A model generated the notes under the pieces. That model was not told the origin of the DNA. It made no database searches and worked only from the letters and a program-made list of their open reading frames with translations. A stretch of 64,000 nt of DNA from Nitrospirae bacterium JdFR-81 (GTDB taxonomy: Bacteria; Nitrospirota; Thermodesulfovibrionia; UBA6902): NCBI GenBank assembly GCA_002011735.1, contig MTOQ01000012.1, positions 2,259-66,258 of the forward strand, read 5' to 3'. The translations under genes and the position numbers were made by a program. How positions within the stretch are numbered: position 1 is the first letter of the stretch; each line of letters begins with the position of its first letter. Shown here piece by piece: positions 32,821-42,408 of this stretch.

Positions 32821-34887
32821 ATGCAGGAGAAGCTTCCGTTAGATGCAAGGCTCCTCAGTGATGCCATCATCGAGCTGAACATCTCTCGCCACAATGTCTC
32901 CATCTACCCCAAGGACCACCCGCTGGTGAGCAAATCCCTAAACCGCGCATTTGAGTATTTCAGGAGGCTCTTTGAGCTGAGGGATGAGATCACCATCGCC
33001 ATAGCAAAGGACACCATTATTATAGATGAATACTCACTCGACAAAAAGAACCCGGTATTCAAGGACTTTGCCCTCCACCTGAACAGGATGAGCATCGCCT
33101 CTGTCACATTTACGAAGAACCTGACAAAGGATGAGCTCTACTCCTTCCACAGGTTCCTGCTGGAGGATACAGAGGGCATGAGCCTGGATGCCATAAGGGA
33201 GAAGTGGAAGGGGTATGACCTCCCGAATATCAGGCTCGGGTTTATTGACTACAGTGCATTTGGTGAGGCCGATGGAGAGGCCTCGAAGAAGAAGCTCTAT
33301 GAGTGGTATGTCCATGGGCTACTTGAGGGGACGCTCAGGGTGGATTCATTACAAGAGGGAGTGGATGAGATACCACCCGAGATACTCGCTAAGCTCATTA
33401 ATGAGACCAGCACGGAGGACCTGAAGGAAGAATCCTACGACAGGGTTATAGCCAGCTACCTGAGAAAATCCTCTGAAAGGGCCTTCTCTGGGAAGGATAT
33501 AAAGAGGCTCCTTGATTTTATAAATGGCCTCAGGCCTGAGCTGAAAAAGGAGTTCCTATCCTCATCCATGAACAAACTCTCCAAGGACATCAAATCCGTA
33601 GAAGAGGCCCTCAGGGAGACCCCCATCGATACGGTCATGACGCTCCTTAAGAACATCAATGAACAGAAGCTGTCCATACCTGATGAGCTGAGGAAGCTCC
33701 TTGAGAGGTTCTCGAGCCTGGAGACCGATGCCATAGAGAGCAGAATATTCAGGGAGGAGGATCTGGTGGATGACATAACGGTCTCTTCTGACATTGCAAG
33801 CCTCATATCCGATGAGAGGTTTGACAGGTTTGTCGACGAGACATACAGGAATGAGATACAGAGGCTCCTTGACTCCGATGCCCCTGCAGGCTATGTCGAG
33901 GACACAGAAGGGTTCAACGCCCAGTGGGATGAGGAGTATATAGAGAGGTGCTTCAATGAGATGATACTTGAGATACTGCTGTCTGGCGGGTCTGAGGTGG
34001 TCAGAGAGGAAGACTACGAGTTCTTCAACAGGCTCCTAAAGGATCAGATCGAAGAGCTCATAAGCACGGCCCAGTATGGAGAGGTCTTAAGGATATTAAG
34101 GGTGTGGAAGGAGAGATTGGGGGGTGACGATGGTGATGGTGGTGCATCCTCCTATATCCATTCGCCCGAGACCATCTCATTATTCATAGACTCCCTGAGG
34201 ATAAGCGGCAGACAGAAGAGGGAGGAGGCACTGGAGTTATGCAGGTTTTATGGCGAAAGGATAATCCCACCCCTGATACACGCCCTTATACAGGAAGAGT
34301 CACAGACAGTGAGGCACTTCCTCCTGAGCCTCATTATCAGCTTCGGCAGGATGGCCGAGGCAGAGGCTATAAAACACCTCAGGGATGAGAGGTGGTATGT
34401 AAAGAGGAACATGCTCTTTATTCTCACCGAGATAAGAAGCACCGAGGGATTGCCCCATGCAAGACCCCTTTGTCGTCATGAACACCCCAGGGTAAGCTTC
34501 CAGGCTATTAAATACCTGCTCAGGATGGGAGACCCTTATGGTGTGGACATGTTGAAGGAACACCTGGAAGGTAAAACAGAGGAGGGCGTAAGACAGGCCC
34601 TCCTGCTTGCCGGGACATTCAGGGTGAAGGAGCTCGTGCCTGATCTGATAAGGATGCTGAAGAAGAAGGCCCTGAAGAGTGCCGATTATCAGGATAAGAT
34701 ACAGATCGTCAGGGCACTCGGACTTATAGGCGATCCCTCTGCACTCGATGCGCTGAGGGATATCCTCCATTCAAGGTCCATATTATTCAAGACCCCCCTC
34801 AGGAGGCTGAAGGAGGAGATACAGAGCACACTAAAGCACTACCCCCCTGAGGATGTCAGGGAGATCATAGGAGAGGTGGCGTTATAA
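32821..34887 (+). CDS. Large hypothetical protein with an N-terminal domain resembling that of the adjacent HD-GYP protein, a long helical middle and C-terminal HEAT/PBS-lyase-like repeats
   Basis: 688 aa. Residues about 540-680 show HEAT-like repeats (VRQALLLAGTF..., IQIVRALGLIGDPSALDALRDIL). The N-terminal 60 aa align by eye with the N-terminus of the 34891 ORF (both IxIAIxN-SLY/IYPxDH-LV). The stop lies 3 nt before the next ATG. Confidence 0.6.
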   Translation: MQEKLPLDARLLSDAIIELNISRHNVSIYPKDHPLVSKSLNRAFEYFRRLFELRDEITIAIAKDTIIIDEYSLDKKNPVFKDFALHLNRMSIASVTFTKNLTKDELYSFHRFLLEDTEGMSLDAIREKWKGYDLPNIRLGFIDYSAFGEADGEASKKKLYEWYVHGLLEGTLRVDSLQEGVDEIPPEILAKLINETSTEDLKEESYDRVIASYLRKSSERAFSGKDIKRLLDFINGLRPELKKEFLSSSMNKLSKDIKSVEEALRETPIDTVMTLLKNINEQKLSIPDELRKLLERFSSLETDAIESRIFREEDLVDDITVSSDIASLISDERFDRFVDETYRNEIQRLLDSDAPAGYVEDTEGFNAQWDEEYIERCFNEMILEILLSGGSEVVREEDYEFFNRLLKDQIEELISTAQYGEVLRILRVWKERLGGDDGDGGASSYIHSPETISLFIDSLRISGRQKREEALELCRFYGERIIPPLIHALIQEESQTVRHFLLSLIISFGRMAEAEAIKHLRDERWYVKRNMLFILTEIRSTEGLPHARPLCRHEHPRVSFQAIKYLLRMGDPYGVDMLKEHLEGKTEEGVRQALLLAGTFRVKELVPDLIRMLKKKALKSADYQDKIQIVRALGLIGDPSALDALRDILHSRSILFKTPLRRLKEEIQSTLKHYPPEDVREIIGEVAL

Positions 34888-34890
34888 GAG

Positions 34891-35991
34891 ATGGAGAAGA
34901 TCAGGCAGTTTATCAACATATTAACCATAGCCATATCAAACTGTTCGCTCTATTCCAATGACCATGAACTGGTTGACGAATATGCAAAGAAGGTTATGTC
35001 ACTTATACAGGAGGTCATGGAGGATACCCTTGAGATCATGGTTATAGAGGGAGACCTGATCGTAAATAAGATCCCCCTCAGGGATGCAGGTCTCCATGGT
35101 GTCAAGCTCCTGAGGCGTATGCAGAGAAAGGGTATAACCCGCATCGCCTTCTCACAGGGTGTGACCCTCTCAGAGGTAAGGGAGTTCATTGTGGATATGT
35201 CCAGGTTCGATTCACCCCCAAAAACATACCATCATATCAGGACGGGCACCGTTGACATACACCTTGATGAGAGGAAGACAAGGGAGATGGGTGTGGACCT
35301 GGACTATATTACCCATGAACAGATCCAGAAGGTAAAGGAGATATACTACGGCATATCCCCTTTTAAGAGGCTGCAGATAGCAGGACTTGAGGAGATCGTA
35401 TCAAGCTTTATCCTGGCGTTCCATAGAGAGGCGAACATCCTGAAACTCCTCACACCTGTCAGGTCTCAGGATGAGTATATATATACACATGCAACAAATG
35501 TTGCCGTGTTATCCATGTTTCAGGCAGAGTCACTCGGTATAAAGGGCAAACTATTGCATGACATAGGGATCAGTGCACTCCTGCATGATGTCGGCAAACT
35601 CGTCATCTCAAGGGAGATGCTCAACAGGCCCACACCTGCCTATACAGAAGAGGCAACCAAGATGAAACAGCATCCTATCTATGGTGCCGTCTATCTCTCA
35701 AAGATAGAGGGTCTCACAAGGCTTGCCCCTATTGTAGCGTTTGAGCACCATATGAGGTATGATGGCACGGGATATCCCAGATACAGTAGTGGCAAGAGAG
35801 GGCAGCACCCATGCAGCCAGATGGTCGCCATAGCGGATTTTTTTGATACGCTCAGGAGCATAAGATTATACCAGAGGAAATGGGAGATAAAGGATATACT
35901 TGCTGTTATGAAGATGAACGCTGGCAGGGACTTTAATCCATCCCTTGTGGACAACTTTGCAAGGACACTCCTTCTGGCAACCTCAGGATAG
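34891..35991 (+). CDS. HD-GYP domain c-di-GMP phosphodiesterase with an N-terminal regulatory domain (DUF3391-like)
   Basis: HD motif (ALLHDVGK) and HHMRYDGTGYP (GYP). 366 aa. Confidence 0.8.
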   Translation: MEKIRQFINILTIAISNCSLYSNDHELVDEYAKKVMSLIQEVMEDTLEIMVIEGDLIVNKIPLRDAGLHGVKLLRRMQRKGITRIAFSQGVTLSEVREFIVDMSRFDSPPKTYHHIRTGTVDIHLDERKTREMGVDLDYITHEQIQKVKEIYYGISPFKRLQIAGLEEIVSSFILAFHREANILKLLTPVRSQDEYIYTHATNVAVLSMFQAESLGIKGKLLHDIGISALLHDVGKLVISREMLNRPTPAYTEEATKMKQHPIYGAVYLSKIEGLTRLAPIVAFEHHMRYDGTGYPRYSSGKRGQHPCSQMVAIADFFDTLRSIRLYQRKWEIKDILAVMKMNAGRDFNPSLVDNFARTLLLATSG

Positions 35992-37866
35992 AGCCCCCTT
36001 CTTCCTGTGGTTCTGCCGTCTATGCCTCTCCACCGCAACCATCAGCAGGGACACAGCGGCAGGCGTAACACCAGGTATCCTGCTTGCCTGGCCGAGGTTC
36101 AGCGGCCTCACCTCTTCAAGCTTCTCCACCATCTCGTTTGACAGCCCCGGGATTCCCCTGTAGACAAAGTCATCAGGTATCCTTATATCCTCTATCCTCT
36201 TGAACCTCTCTGCCATCTCTATCTGCCGCCTTATATAGCCCTCATATTTTGTCTGGATCTCCACCTGCCTGACCACCTCAGGATCAAGACCATTCCTGTG
36301 GGAGTCTGGTATATCCATATAGGAGACCTCTGGCCTCTTCAGTATCTGATAGAGGGTTGTATCCTCCCTGATCTCAGAACCACCAAGCCTCCTGAGGACA
36401 GGATTTATCACCCCTGGCTTTACCCTTGTCACCTTGAGCCTCTCTATCTCAGACTCTATCATGGCCTTTTTACGGAGAAGGGCGTCCATATGCTCCTTTT
36501 TGATGAGGCCGATCCTGTAACCCTTCTCCATGAGTCTCAGGTCTGCATTGTCCTGTCTGAGCAGCAGCCTGTATTCAGCCCTTGAGGTGAACATCCTGTA
36601 GGGCTCGTTTGTGCCCTTTGTGATAAGATCATCTATAAGCACACCTATGTACGCCTCATCCCTCCTCAAGATAAAGGGGGACTCCCCCTTTATCTTGAGC
36701 GCAGCGTTTATCCCTGCTATGATCCCCTGTGCAGCAGCCTCTTCATAGCCTGATGTCCCATTGATCTGGCCTGCAAGATAGAGCCCACTAACCAGCTTTG
36801 TCTCAAGGGTTGGCCTCAGCTGGGTTGGATAAACAAAGTCATACTCAATGGCATATCCGTACTTATTTATCCTTACATCCTCGAGCCCCCTTATCGTCCT
36901 TATAAACTCCTCCTGCACCTCCTCAGGGAGGCTTGTGGAGATCCCGTTTGCGTATACCTCGTCCGTGCCGATCCCCTCGGGCTCTATGAATATCTGATGC
37001 CTCGGCTTGTCACCGAACCTCACCACCTTGTCCTCTATTGAAGGACAATAGCGTGGCCCCCTGCCCACTATCCTTCCACTATAAAGGGGAGAATATCTGA
37101 GGTTGTCCCTGATTATCCTGTGTGTGTGGTCATTTGTGTAGGTGATATAACATGGAAGCTGGGGATTGGTTATCTGTGCAGTGAATATAGACATGAATGG
37201 CGGTGGTGTATCACCATCCTGCCTCTCCATCACGGAAAAATCGATACTCCTGCCATCAAGCCTCGGGGGTGTGCCTGTCTTCAACCGCCCCATCCTCAAA
37301 CCGATCGCCCTGAGGCTCCTGGAAAGACCTGTTGAAGGGGGTTCTCCTGCCCTTCCTGAGGGAAAGTTCCTCAGGCCGATGTGTATCAACCCATTCAGGA
37401 ATGTGCCTGTTGCTATTACTACCGCCTTTGCCCTGTAGATATTATCGTTCGTCCTTATGCCCCATACCCTGCCCCTCTCAACGATGACCTCCTCAACCAT
37501 CCCTCCTATGATCTCAAGCCCTTCCTGCCCCTCAAGGACCTCACGCATGTAGCGTCTGTAAAGGGCCCTGTCGCACTGGACCCTCGTCGCCCACACAGCA
37601 GGCCCCTTGCTCCTGTTCAGTATCTTGAACTGGATACCTGCCCTGTCCGTGACCTTTGCCATCTCACCGCCCAGGGCGTCTATCTCCCTCACAAGATGGC
37701 TCTTGGCAAGACCACCAACAGCAGGATTACACGACATCTGGCCTATCGTCCATGGATTCATGGTGAAGACAGCAACACTAAGCCCCATCCTTGCCCCTGC
37801 AAGTGCCGCCTCACACCCTGCATGTCCTGCACCGACTACTATGATGTCGTAATCCACCCTCTCCAT
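35983..37866 (-). CDS. mnmG: tRNA uridine 5-carboxymethylaminomethyl modification enzyme MnmG (GidA)
   Basis: FAD motif IVVGAGHAGCEAALAGARMG and the conserved GidA core. The true start is the ATG at 37866 (MERVDYDIIVVGAG). The track ORF carries a spurious 118-aa upstream extension. Confidence 0.9.
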   Translation of the reverse strand: MERVDYDIIVVGAGHAGCEAALAGARMGLSVAVFTMNPWTIGQMSCNPAVGGLAKSHLVREIDALGGEMAKVTDRAGIQFKILNRSKGPAVWATRVQCDRALYRRYMREVLEGQEGLEIIGGMVEEVIVERGRVWGIRTNDNIYRAKAVVIATGTFLNGLIHIGLRNFPSGRAGEPPSTGLSRSLRAIGLRMGRLKTGTPPRLDGRSIDFSVMERQDGDTPPPFMSIFTAQITNPQLPCYITYTNDHTHRIIRDNLRYSPLYSGRIVGRGPRYCPSIEDKVVRFGDKPRHQIFIEPEGIGTDEVYANGISTSLPEEVQEEFIRTIRGLEDVRINKYGYAIEYDFVYPTQLRPTLETKLVSGLYLAGQINGTSGYEEAAAQGIIAGINAALKIKGESPFILRRDEAYIGVLIDDLITKGTNEPYRMFTSRAEYRLLLRQDNADLRLMEKGYRIGLIKKEHMDALLRKKAMIESEIERLKVTRVKPGVINPVLRRLGGSEIREDTTLYQILKRPEVSYMDIPDSHRNGLDPEVVRQVEIQTKYEGYIRRQIEMAERFKRIEDIRIPDDFVYRGIPGLSNEMVEKLEEVRPLNLGQASRIPGVTPAAVSLLMVAVERHRRQNHRKKGALS

Positions 37867-37919
37867 ATCTCTATTATAAAATTTTCCATTCCGGCATGAT
37901 AATAAAGTGAGCCTGCTTT

Positions 37920-38462
37920 CTAAAGCGGGATTGAAAATCCTTTGATATATCTTGAGATTGTTCTGAATATAAGTATAACACCACCTGCCACAACAATCCC
38001 CCATACAGCGCCTGCGAGCACATCGGACGGATAATGGACACCCACATAGACCCTTGACAGGGCAACCGCTATGGCAATGGCGAACATGGGGATGGTGTAT
38101 CCCCTGAAGAAATGGGAGAAGGTTGCCACAACGGCAAAGGCATTTACCGCATGGCTTGAGGGCATGGAGAATGAGTTGCCACAGCCAACCAGGAGCCTCA
38201 CCCCGATGAGTGTATGACACGGCCTCGGCCTCTCAAAGAGGTGCTTGAGCATATTGGAGCTTGCATCCCCCATGGCAAGTGCGATGAGGCAGAGAAGCAG
38301 AACGACGACCGCCTTCTTGATGTCCCTCACAAAGGCAGGCACCATGAGGAGGAGGATGGGTATATATGGTCTTTCCGTTACAAAGATCATGAGGGTGTCG
38401 AGGATTGGACTGTGGATGCCCCTGTTTATGATGTAGAAGACCTGGATATCCATTATCACCAT
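37920..38462 (-). CDS. PAP2 family membrane phosphatase (undecaprenyl-diphosphatase / PgpB-like)
   Basis: The three PAP2 motifs are KHLFERPRP, PSSH and SRVYVGVHYPSDV, set among TM helices. 180 aa. Confidence 0.75.
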   Translation of the reverse strand: MVIMDIQVFYIINRGIHSPILDTLMIFVTERPYIPILLLMVPAFVRDIKKAVVVLLLCLIALAMGDASSNMLKHLFERPRPCHTLIGVRLLVGCGNSFSMPSSHAVNAFAVVATFSHFFRGYTIPMFAIAIAVALSRVYVGVHYPSDVLAGAVWGIVVAGGVILIFRTISRYIKGFSIPL

Positions 38463-38485
38463 ATTAGGCGAGCGGTTCCTTCAAG

Positions 38486-39277
38486 TCAAGACCTGATGGC
38501 CTCTGTAAGCCTTGCAAAATCCTCTATAGTGAGCGAATCCGGCCTTGAGGACGGATCTATCCCTGCCCTTATTAAAGCGGCCTTTATCTCACCCTCTCCA
38601 CAGGGAAGGTCATCACCAGCTGAAAACCCCCTTAGACTGTTAAGTATCATCTTTCTCCTGTGTGAGAATGTCTTTTTAACAATCCTCATGAACAGCTCCT
38701 CATCCCCTATCTCAAAGAGGGGCTCCGGTGAGACCTCAAAATGGACGAGGGCAGAGTCAACATCAGGCGGTGGTGAGAAGGCCTTCCTTGAGACATAGAA
38801 GATGATCCTTGGCCTTGTATATAGCTGTATGGATATGGAGAGGGGGCTGTAGTCCTTGTTATTCGGCTGGGCCACGATCCTCAGGGCGACCTCCTTCTGT
38901 AAGAGGAGGGTCATGGTGATAATCCTTCTTCTATATTCCAGCAACTTAAAGAGCAGGGGTGTCGTGATATTATAGGGGATGTTTGAGACCACCTTGAAAT
39001 CCCCTTTTATCTCATCATAAGGATATCTCAGGGCATCTGCATTTATTATCTCTACATTCTCCTTCTCCGAGAGTCGCTCCTTGAGCCTCCCTACCAGCCC
39101 TTTATCCACCTCAATGGCTATAACCCTCTTTGCACACCCCGAGAGAAATTCTGTTAATGTCCCTATACCTGCACCGATCTCAACAACCGTATCTTCACCT
39201 GTCACCCCACTGCTTTTAACAATCTTCCTCAGGATGTTCTTGTCAAATAGGAAATGCTGTCCAAGTGGCCTCCCCAC
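38486..39277 (-). CDS. rsmA: 16S rRNA (adenine1518/1519-N6)-dimethyltransferase
   Basis: N-terminus GQHFLFDKNILRKIV and SAM-binding VVEIGAGIGTLTE. 263 aa. Confidence 0.85.
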   Translation of the reverse strand: MGRPLGQHFLFDKNILRKIVKSSGVTGEDTVVEIGAGIGTLTEFLSGCAKRVIAIEVDKGLVGRLKERLSEKENVEIINADALRYPYDEIKGDFKVVSNIPYNITTPLLFKLLEYRRRIITMTLLLQKEVALRIVAQPNNKDYSPLSISIQLYTRPRIIFYVSRKAFSPPPDVDSALVHFEVSPEPLFEIGDEELFMRIVKKTFSHRRKMILNSLRGFSAGDDLPCGEGEIKAALIRAGIDPSSRPDSLTIEDFARLTEAIRS

Positions 39278-39306
39278 CGCCTCTCATCACCCCTCTCCAA
39301 ATTATC

Positions 39307-42300
39307 TCATCTCAATTCTCTCACATCGCCTGTGTATGTGAAGATTATGTAAGACCTCACATTACTGGTATTGAATATCCTCCTTACAGCCTCCCTGTAG
39401 ATAGAGAGCTGGGGGGAATACTCCTTCAGTAGATATCCCACCTCCTCTTCCTTAACAGGGAATGTCTTGTAGTCATAAACCCTGTATTCACCATTCAACC
39501 TTATCAATCTGTCTATCCTCCCTGTGTAGACCTCTCCATCAAGCTCCATGGTAAATGGTAATTCTGCATATGAATCATCCCTTGGCAGGATGATCTCCTG
39601 CCATATGCCACTGTCCTTAAGCATGGAGATGTTATTCTCAATCATCTTGAGCATCTCTGCATCCGCATGAAGTCCCCCTTCTATAAATAGCTCTTTAACC
39701 CTCTCTATTGTGTCCTCCTCCTTTATAAAGCCCTTTGAGACCTCCTCAAAGAGCCTGTGGAGGACCTCCCCAAGCACCAGCCATCCCCTCCCGTGCCTGC
39801 TCCTTATATCCAGGGCATCGGTAACGCTCCTCCACCTGATCCCCCCTGTCTCTGGAAGTGGCGTCACCCTGGGTGTGACCCTGAGCCCCTCCCTTTTAAG
39901 TGGCCTCTTCCTGTGTGTCTCCTTCACATCAATACCCCTCACGATGGATAGACCCTCTATATCCGCATCCATCCTGAAACCATCCCCCTCCTTCCTCAAT
40001 CCCAGGGTCTCCCTTATCAGCCCAAAGGCACTGTCCTCCCTCTCATCCCACCTGCTCACAAGGAAGAGTGTATCCTCTGCCCTTGTGACAGCCACATATA
40101 ATAACCGCTTCTCCTCTTCGAACTCCTTCATCTTCTGGGTGAGGAAGTCCTCATCCACCCTCCTGATGGTTGCATCAGGTATGGATTTAAAATAAAACCT
40201 CCCTCCCTTTTCATATACAAGGTTCTCCTCGCTCCTGTGCCTGAATGGTTCCTCAAGGCCTGGCAGAAAGACGACAGGAAACTCAAGCCCCTTCGCCGAG
40301 TGGATGGTGATTATCCTCACCGCATTCATCCCCTCGGTGTTCACATTCGCCTTCGGCTCTTCATCCCTGTGGCATGTCCTCTCAAGGAAGTCCCTTATCC
40401 TGAAGAGGGATCTGCCACCTGCCTGAAGGTCCTCCACCAGCTTAATGAACTTCTTTATATTTGCCCTCCTCTGCTGTTCATGAAGGTATCTCCATGCACC
40501 TGTGCTGATAAGGGCATGTTCGATGAGTTCTGAAAGTGGCATTGCAGGCAGGAGTGATTGCCACTGGAGGAGCCTGGCAGGGACACCATCAAGAGGCCCT
40601 GGTAGTGCCCCTGTCCTCAACAGTTTCTCGTAGAGGCTGTCACCATCGGCATCCACCAGCCTCAGGATGGAGCCTTCGTCAATCATGAAGAGGGGGCTCT
40701 TGAGGAGTATGTAGAGGCTGTAATCGTCTGATGGGTTTGAGAGAAAGTATATTAATGCCCTCAGTATGGCGACCTCGGGCTCCTGATAAAAACCTATGCC
40801 CTTCACCGTAACAAATGGTATCCCGTGCCTCCTCAGGCTGTCCTCATACCTCTTGAGATGGGTCCTCCTCCTGAGGAGGATGGCTATGTCCCTGTATTCA
40901 CAGGGCCTCTGTCCAGATCCCTCCCTGTCTGACACCATCATCTGGCCAACGATCTCCTGTATCCTCCTTGAAACGATCTCTGCCTCCTCCTGCTTGGCCT
41001 CTACAATGCTCCTGTAATCACCCTCGTGGATGATCAGCTCCACCCTGCCGGTGCCTGTGATATCACTCCTGCTCGCCTTAAACGGACTGTATCGGGTCTT
41101 CCACAGTGGCCCTTCCTCGTCCTGCCTCATGAGCCTTGAGAAGACATGATTGGTGAAGTCTATTATCGCTGGAAGACTGCGGTAGTTGTCCCTTATCTCC
41201 TCATACAGGAATTCCCTACCAAGCCATTCAGAGAGTTTCTGTCTTGCCCTGCCAAAGACCTCCACATTGGCACCCCTGAAGAAGAAGATGGACTGCTTCT
41301 CATCACCAACCAGAAACACGGTTGGTCTTACTCCGCTGTCCCTCTTTGCACCAAGGCCTGATCTCCACTCCTCTGTGAGTTTATCGATGATCGCCCATTG
41401 AAAGTCGTTTGTATCCTGAAACTCATCAACCAGTATGTGGTCTGTCCTCTCATCAAAGGCATAAAGTATGTTCGCCCATTCAGGCTCCTCTGTAAGGATC
41501 CTGTAGGTGAGATACTCAAGGTCACCAAAGTCAAGCACACCTCTCTCCTTCTTCAACTGCATATACCTATCAATACACCTTCTGAATATCCTGATAAGCA
41601 GATCAGACCTCTCAACCGCCTCCTCAATATTCCTCTGAAGCCAGAACTCATACATCCTCACGGCCCAGTCCTCATAGTCAGCCACACCTTCAAGGCCAGC
41701 AGGTCTCCTCCTCCTTGGCATCCCGTTGTTGCTCAGAAACAGGCCTTTTATCGCCCTTAGACCTTCAAGCCCTTTATCAAGGAGCATCCCCTCATACCCT
41801 GGTATAGACTCCCTGGCACCAGGCCATCTCAGGAGCTCATCAAGGAGATCCCTGTTCCGGACAGCAGGGGGTATGCACGCCTCCAGAGAGAATGGCCCTT
41901 TATTATGGAGATACCTCATCGCTTCCTTTAGATACTGTAGCCCCCTGAACCCCCTCTCTCCAAGGAGCCTCAGGAACAGGGCCTCATCCTCCTCGCTCAT
42001 CTCCATCAACAAATCATAGAGAACCTCCTCCCATGCAATGTCTGAGTCTATCGCATCTATAACCCTGTAATCAGGATCAATCCCTGCTTCAAACGAGAAC
42101 CTCCTCAGAAGAGAACCACAGAAGGAATGAATGGTCGAGACCCTCATCAGCGGTATCTTCTCCATGACCCTTCTGAAGGTCTCTCTATCCTCCTGACGCA
42201 GTATCCTCAGTATCCTGTCCTTCATCTCTGCAGCGGCCTTGTCAGTGAATGTGATGGCCAGTATCCGCTCCACATCAACACCACTCTGCAGAAGGGCGAT

Positions 42301-42408
42301 ATACCGCCTTGCAAGCTTCTCCGTCTTGCCAGAGCCTGCAGGTGAGGAGATGATCACACTCTTGTTTATGTCAAGATACCCCTCCATACTCATCCAGCCC
42401 CTGCACAC
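39307..42408 (-). CDS. addA: ATP-dependent helicase/nuclease subunit A (UvrD-like helicase with C-terminal PD-(D/E)xK nuclease)
   Basis: Walker A SSPAGSGKT, UvrD-like helicase motifs and a C-terminal nuclease motif (YRVYDYKTF). 1033 aa. It overlaps the addB stop. The start may be one of several ATGs within the first 8 codons. Confidence 0.75.
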   Translation of the reverse strand: MCRGWMSMEGYLDINKSVIISSPAGSGKTEKLARRYIALLQSGVDVERILAITFTDKAAAEMKDRILRILRQEDRETFRRVMEKIPLMRVSTIHSFCGSLLRRFSFEAGIDPDYRVIDAIDSDIAWEEVLYDLLMEMSEEDEALFLRLLGERGFRGLQYLKEAMRYLHNKGPFSLEACIPPAVRNRDLLDELLRWPGARESIPGYEGMLLDKGLEGLRAIKGLFLSNNGMPRRRRPAGLEGVADYEDWAVRMYEFWLQRNIEEAVERSDLLIRIFRRCIDRYMQLKKERGVLDFGDLEYLTYRILTEEPEWANILYAFDERTDHILVDEFQDTNDFQWAIIDKLTEEWRSGLGAKRDSGVRPTVFLVGDEKQSIFFFRGANVEVFGRARQKLSEWLGREFLYEEIRDNYRSLPAIIDFTNHVFSRLMRQDEEGPLWKTRYSPFKASRSDITGTGRVELIIHEGDYRSIVEAKQEEAEIVSRRIQEIVGQMMVSDREGSGQRPCEYRDIAILLRRRTHLKRYEDSLRRHGIPFVTVKGIGFYQEPEVAILRALIYFLSNPSDDYSLYILLKSPLFMIDEGSILRLVDADGDSLYEKLLRTGALPGPLDGVPARLLQWQSLLPAMPLSELIEHALISTGAWRYLHEQQRRANIKKFIKLVEDLQAGGRSLFRIRDFLERTCHRDEEPKANVNTEGMNAVRIITIHSAKGLEFPVVFLPGLEEPFRHRSEENLVYEKGGRFYFKSIPDATIRRVDEDFLTQKMKEFEEEKRLLYVAVTRAEDTLFLVSRWDEREDSAFGLIRETLGLRKEGDGFRMDADIEGLSIVRGIDVKETHRKRPLKREGLRVTPRVTPLPETGGIRWRSVTDALDIRSRHGRGWLVLGEVLHRLFEEVSKGFIKEEDTIERVKELFIEGGLHADAEMLKMIENNISMLKDSGIWQEIILPRDDSYAELPFTMELDGEVYTGRIDRLIRLNGEYRVYDYKTFPVKEEEVGYLLKEYSPQLSIYREAVRRIFNTSNVRSYIIFTYTGDVRELR

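Noticed and set aside
37867-38220. A Cys-rich 118-aa N-terminal extension of the mnmG ORF (CGKCLCRCG...CHSGCPVKGLCGCP...) that looks like a metal-binding domain
   Set aside because: It overlaps the PAP2 phosphatase gene (37920..38462) on the same strand in another frame. MnmG homology begins exactly at the ATG at 37866. The extension is read-through of an open frame and not coding.
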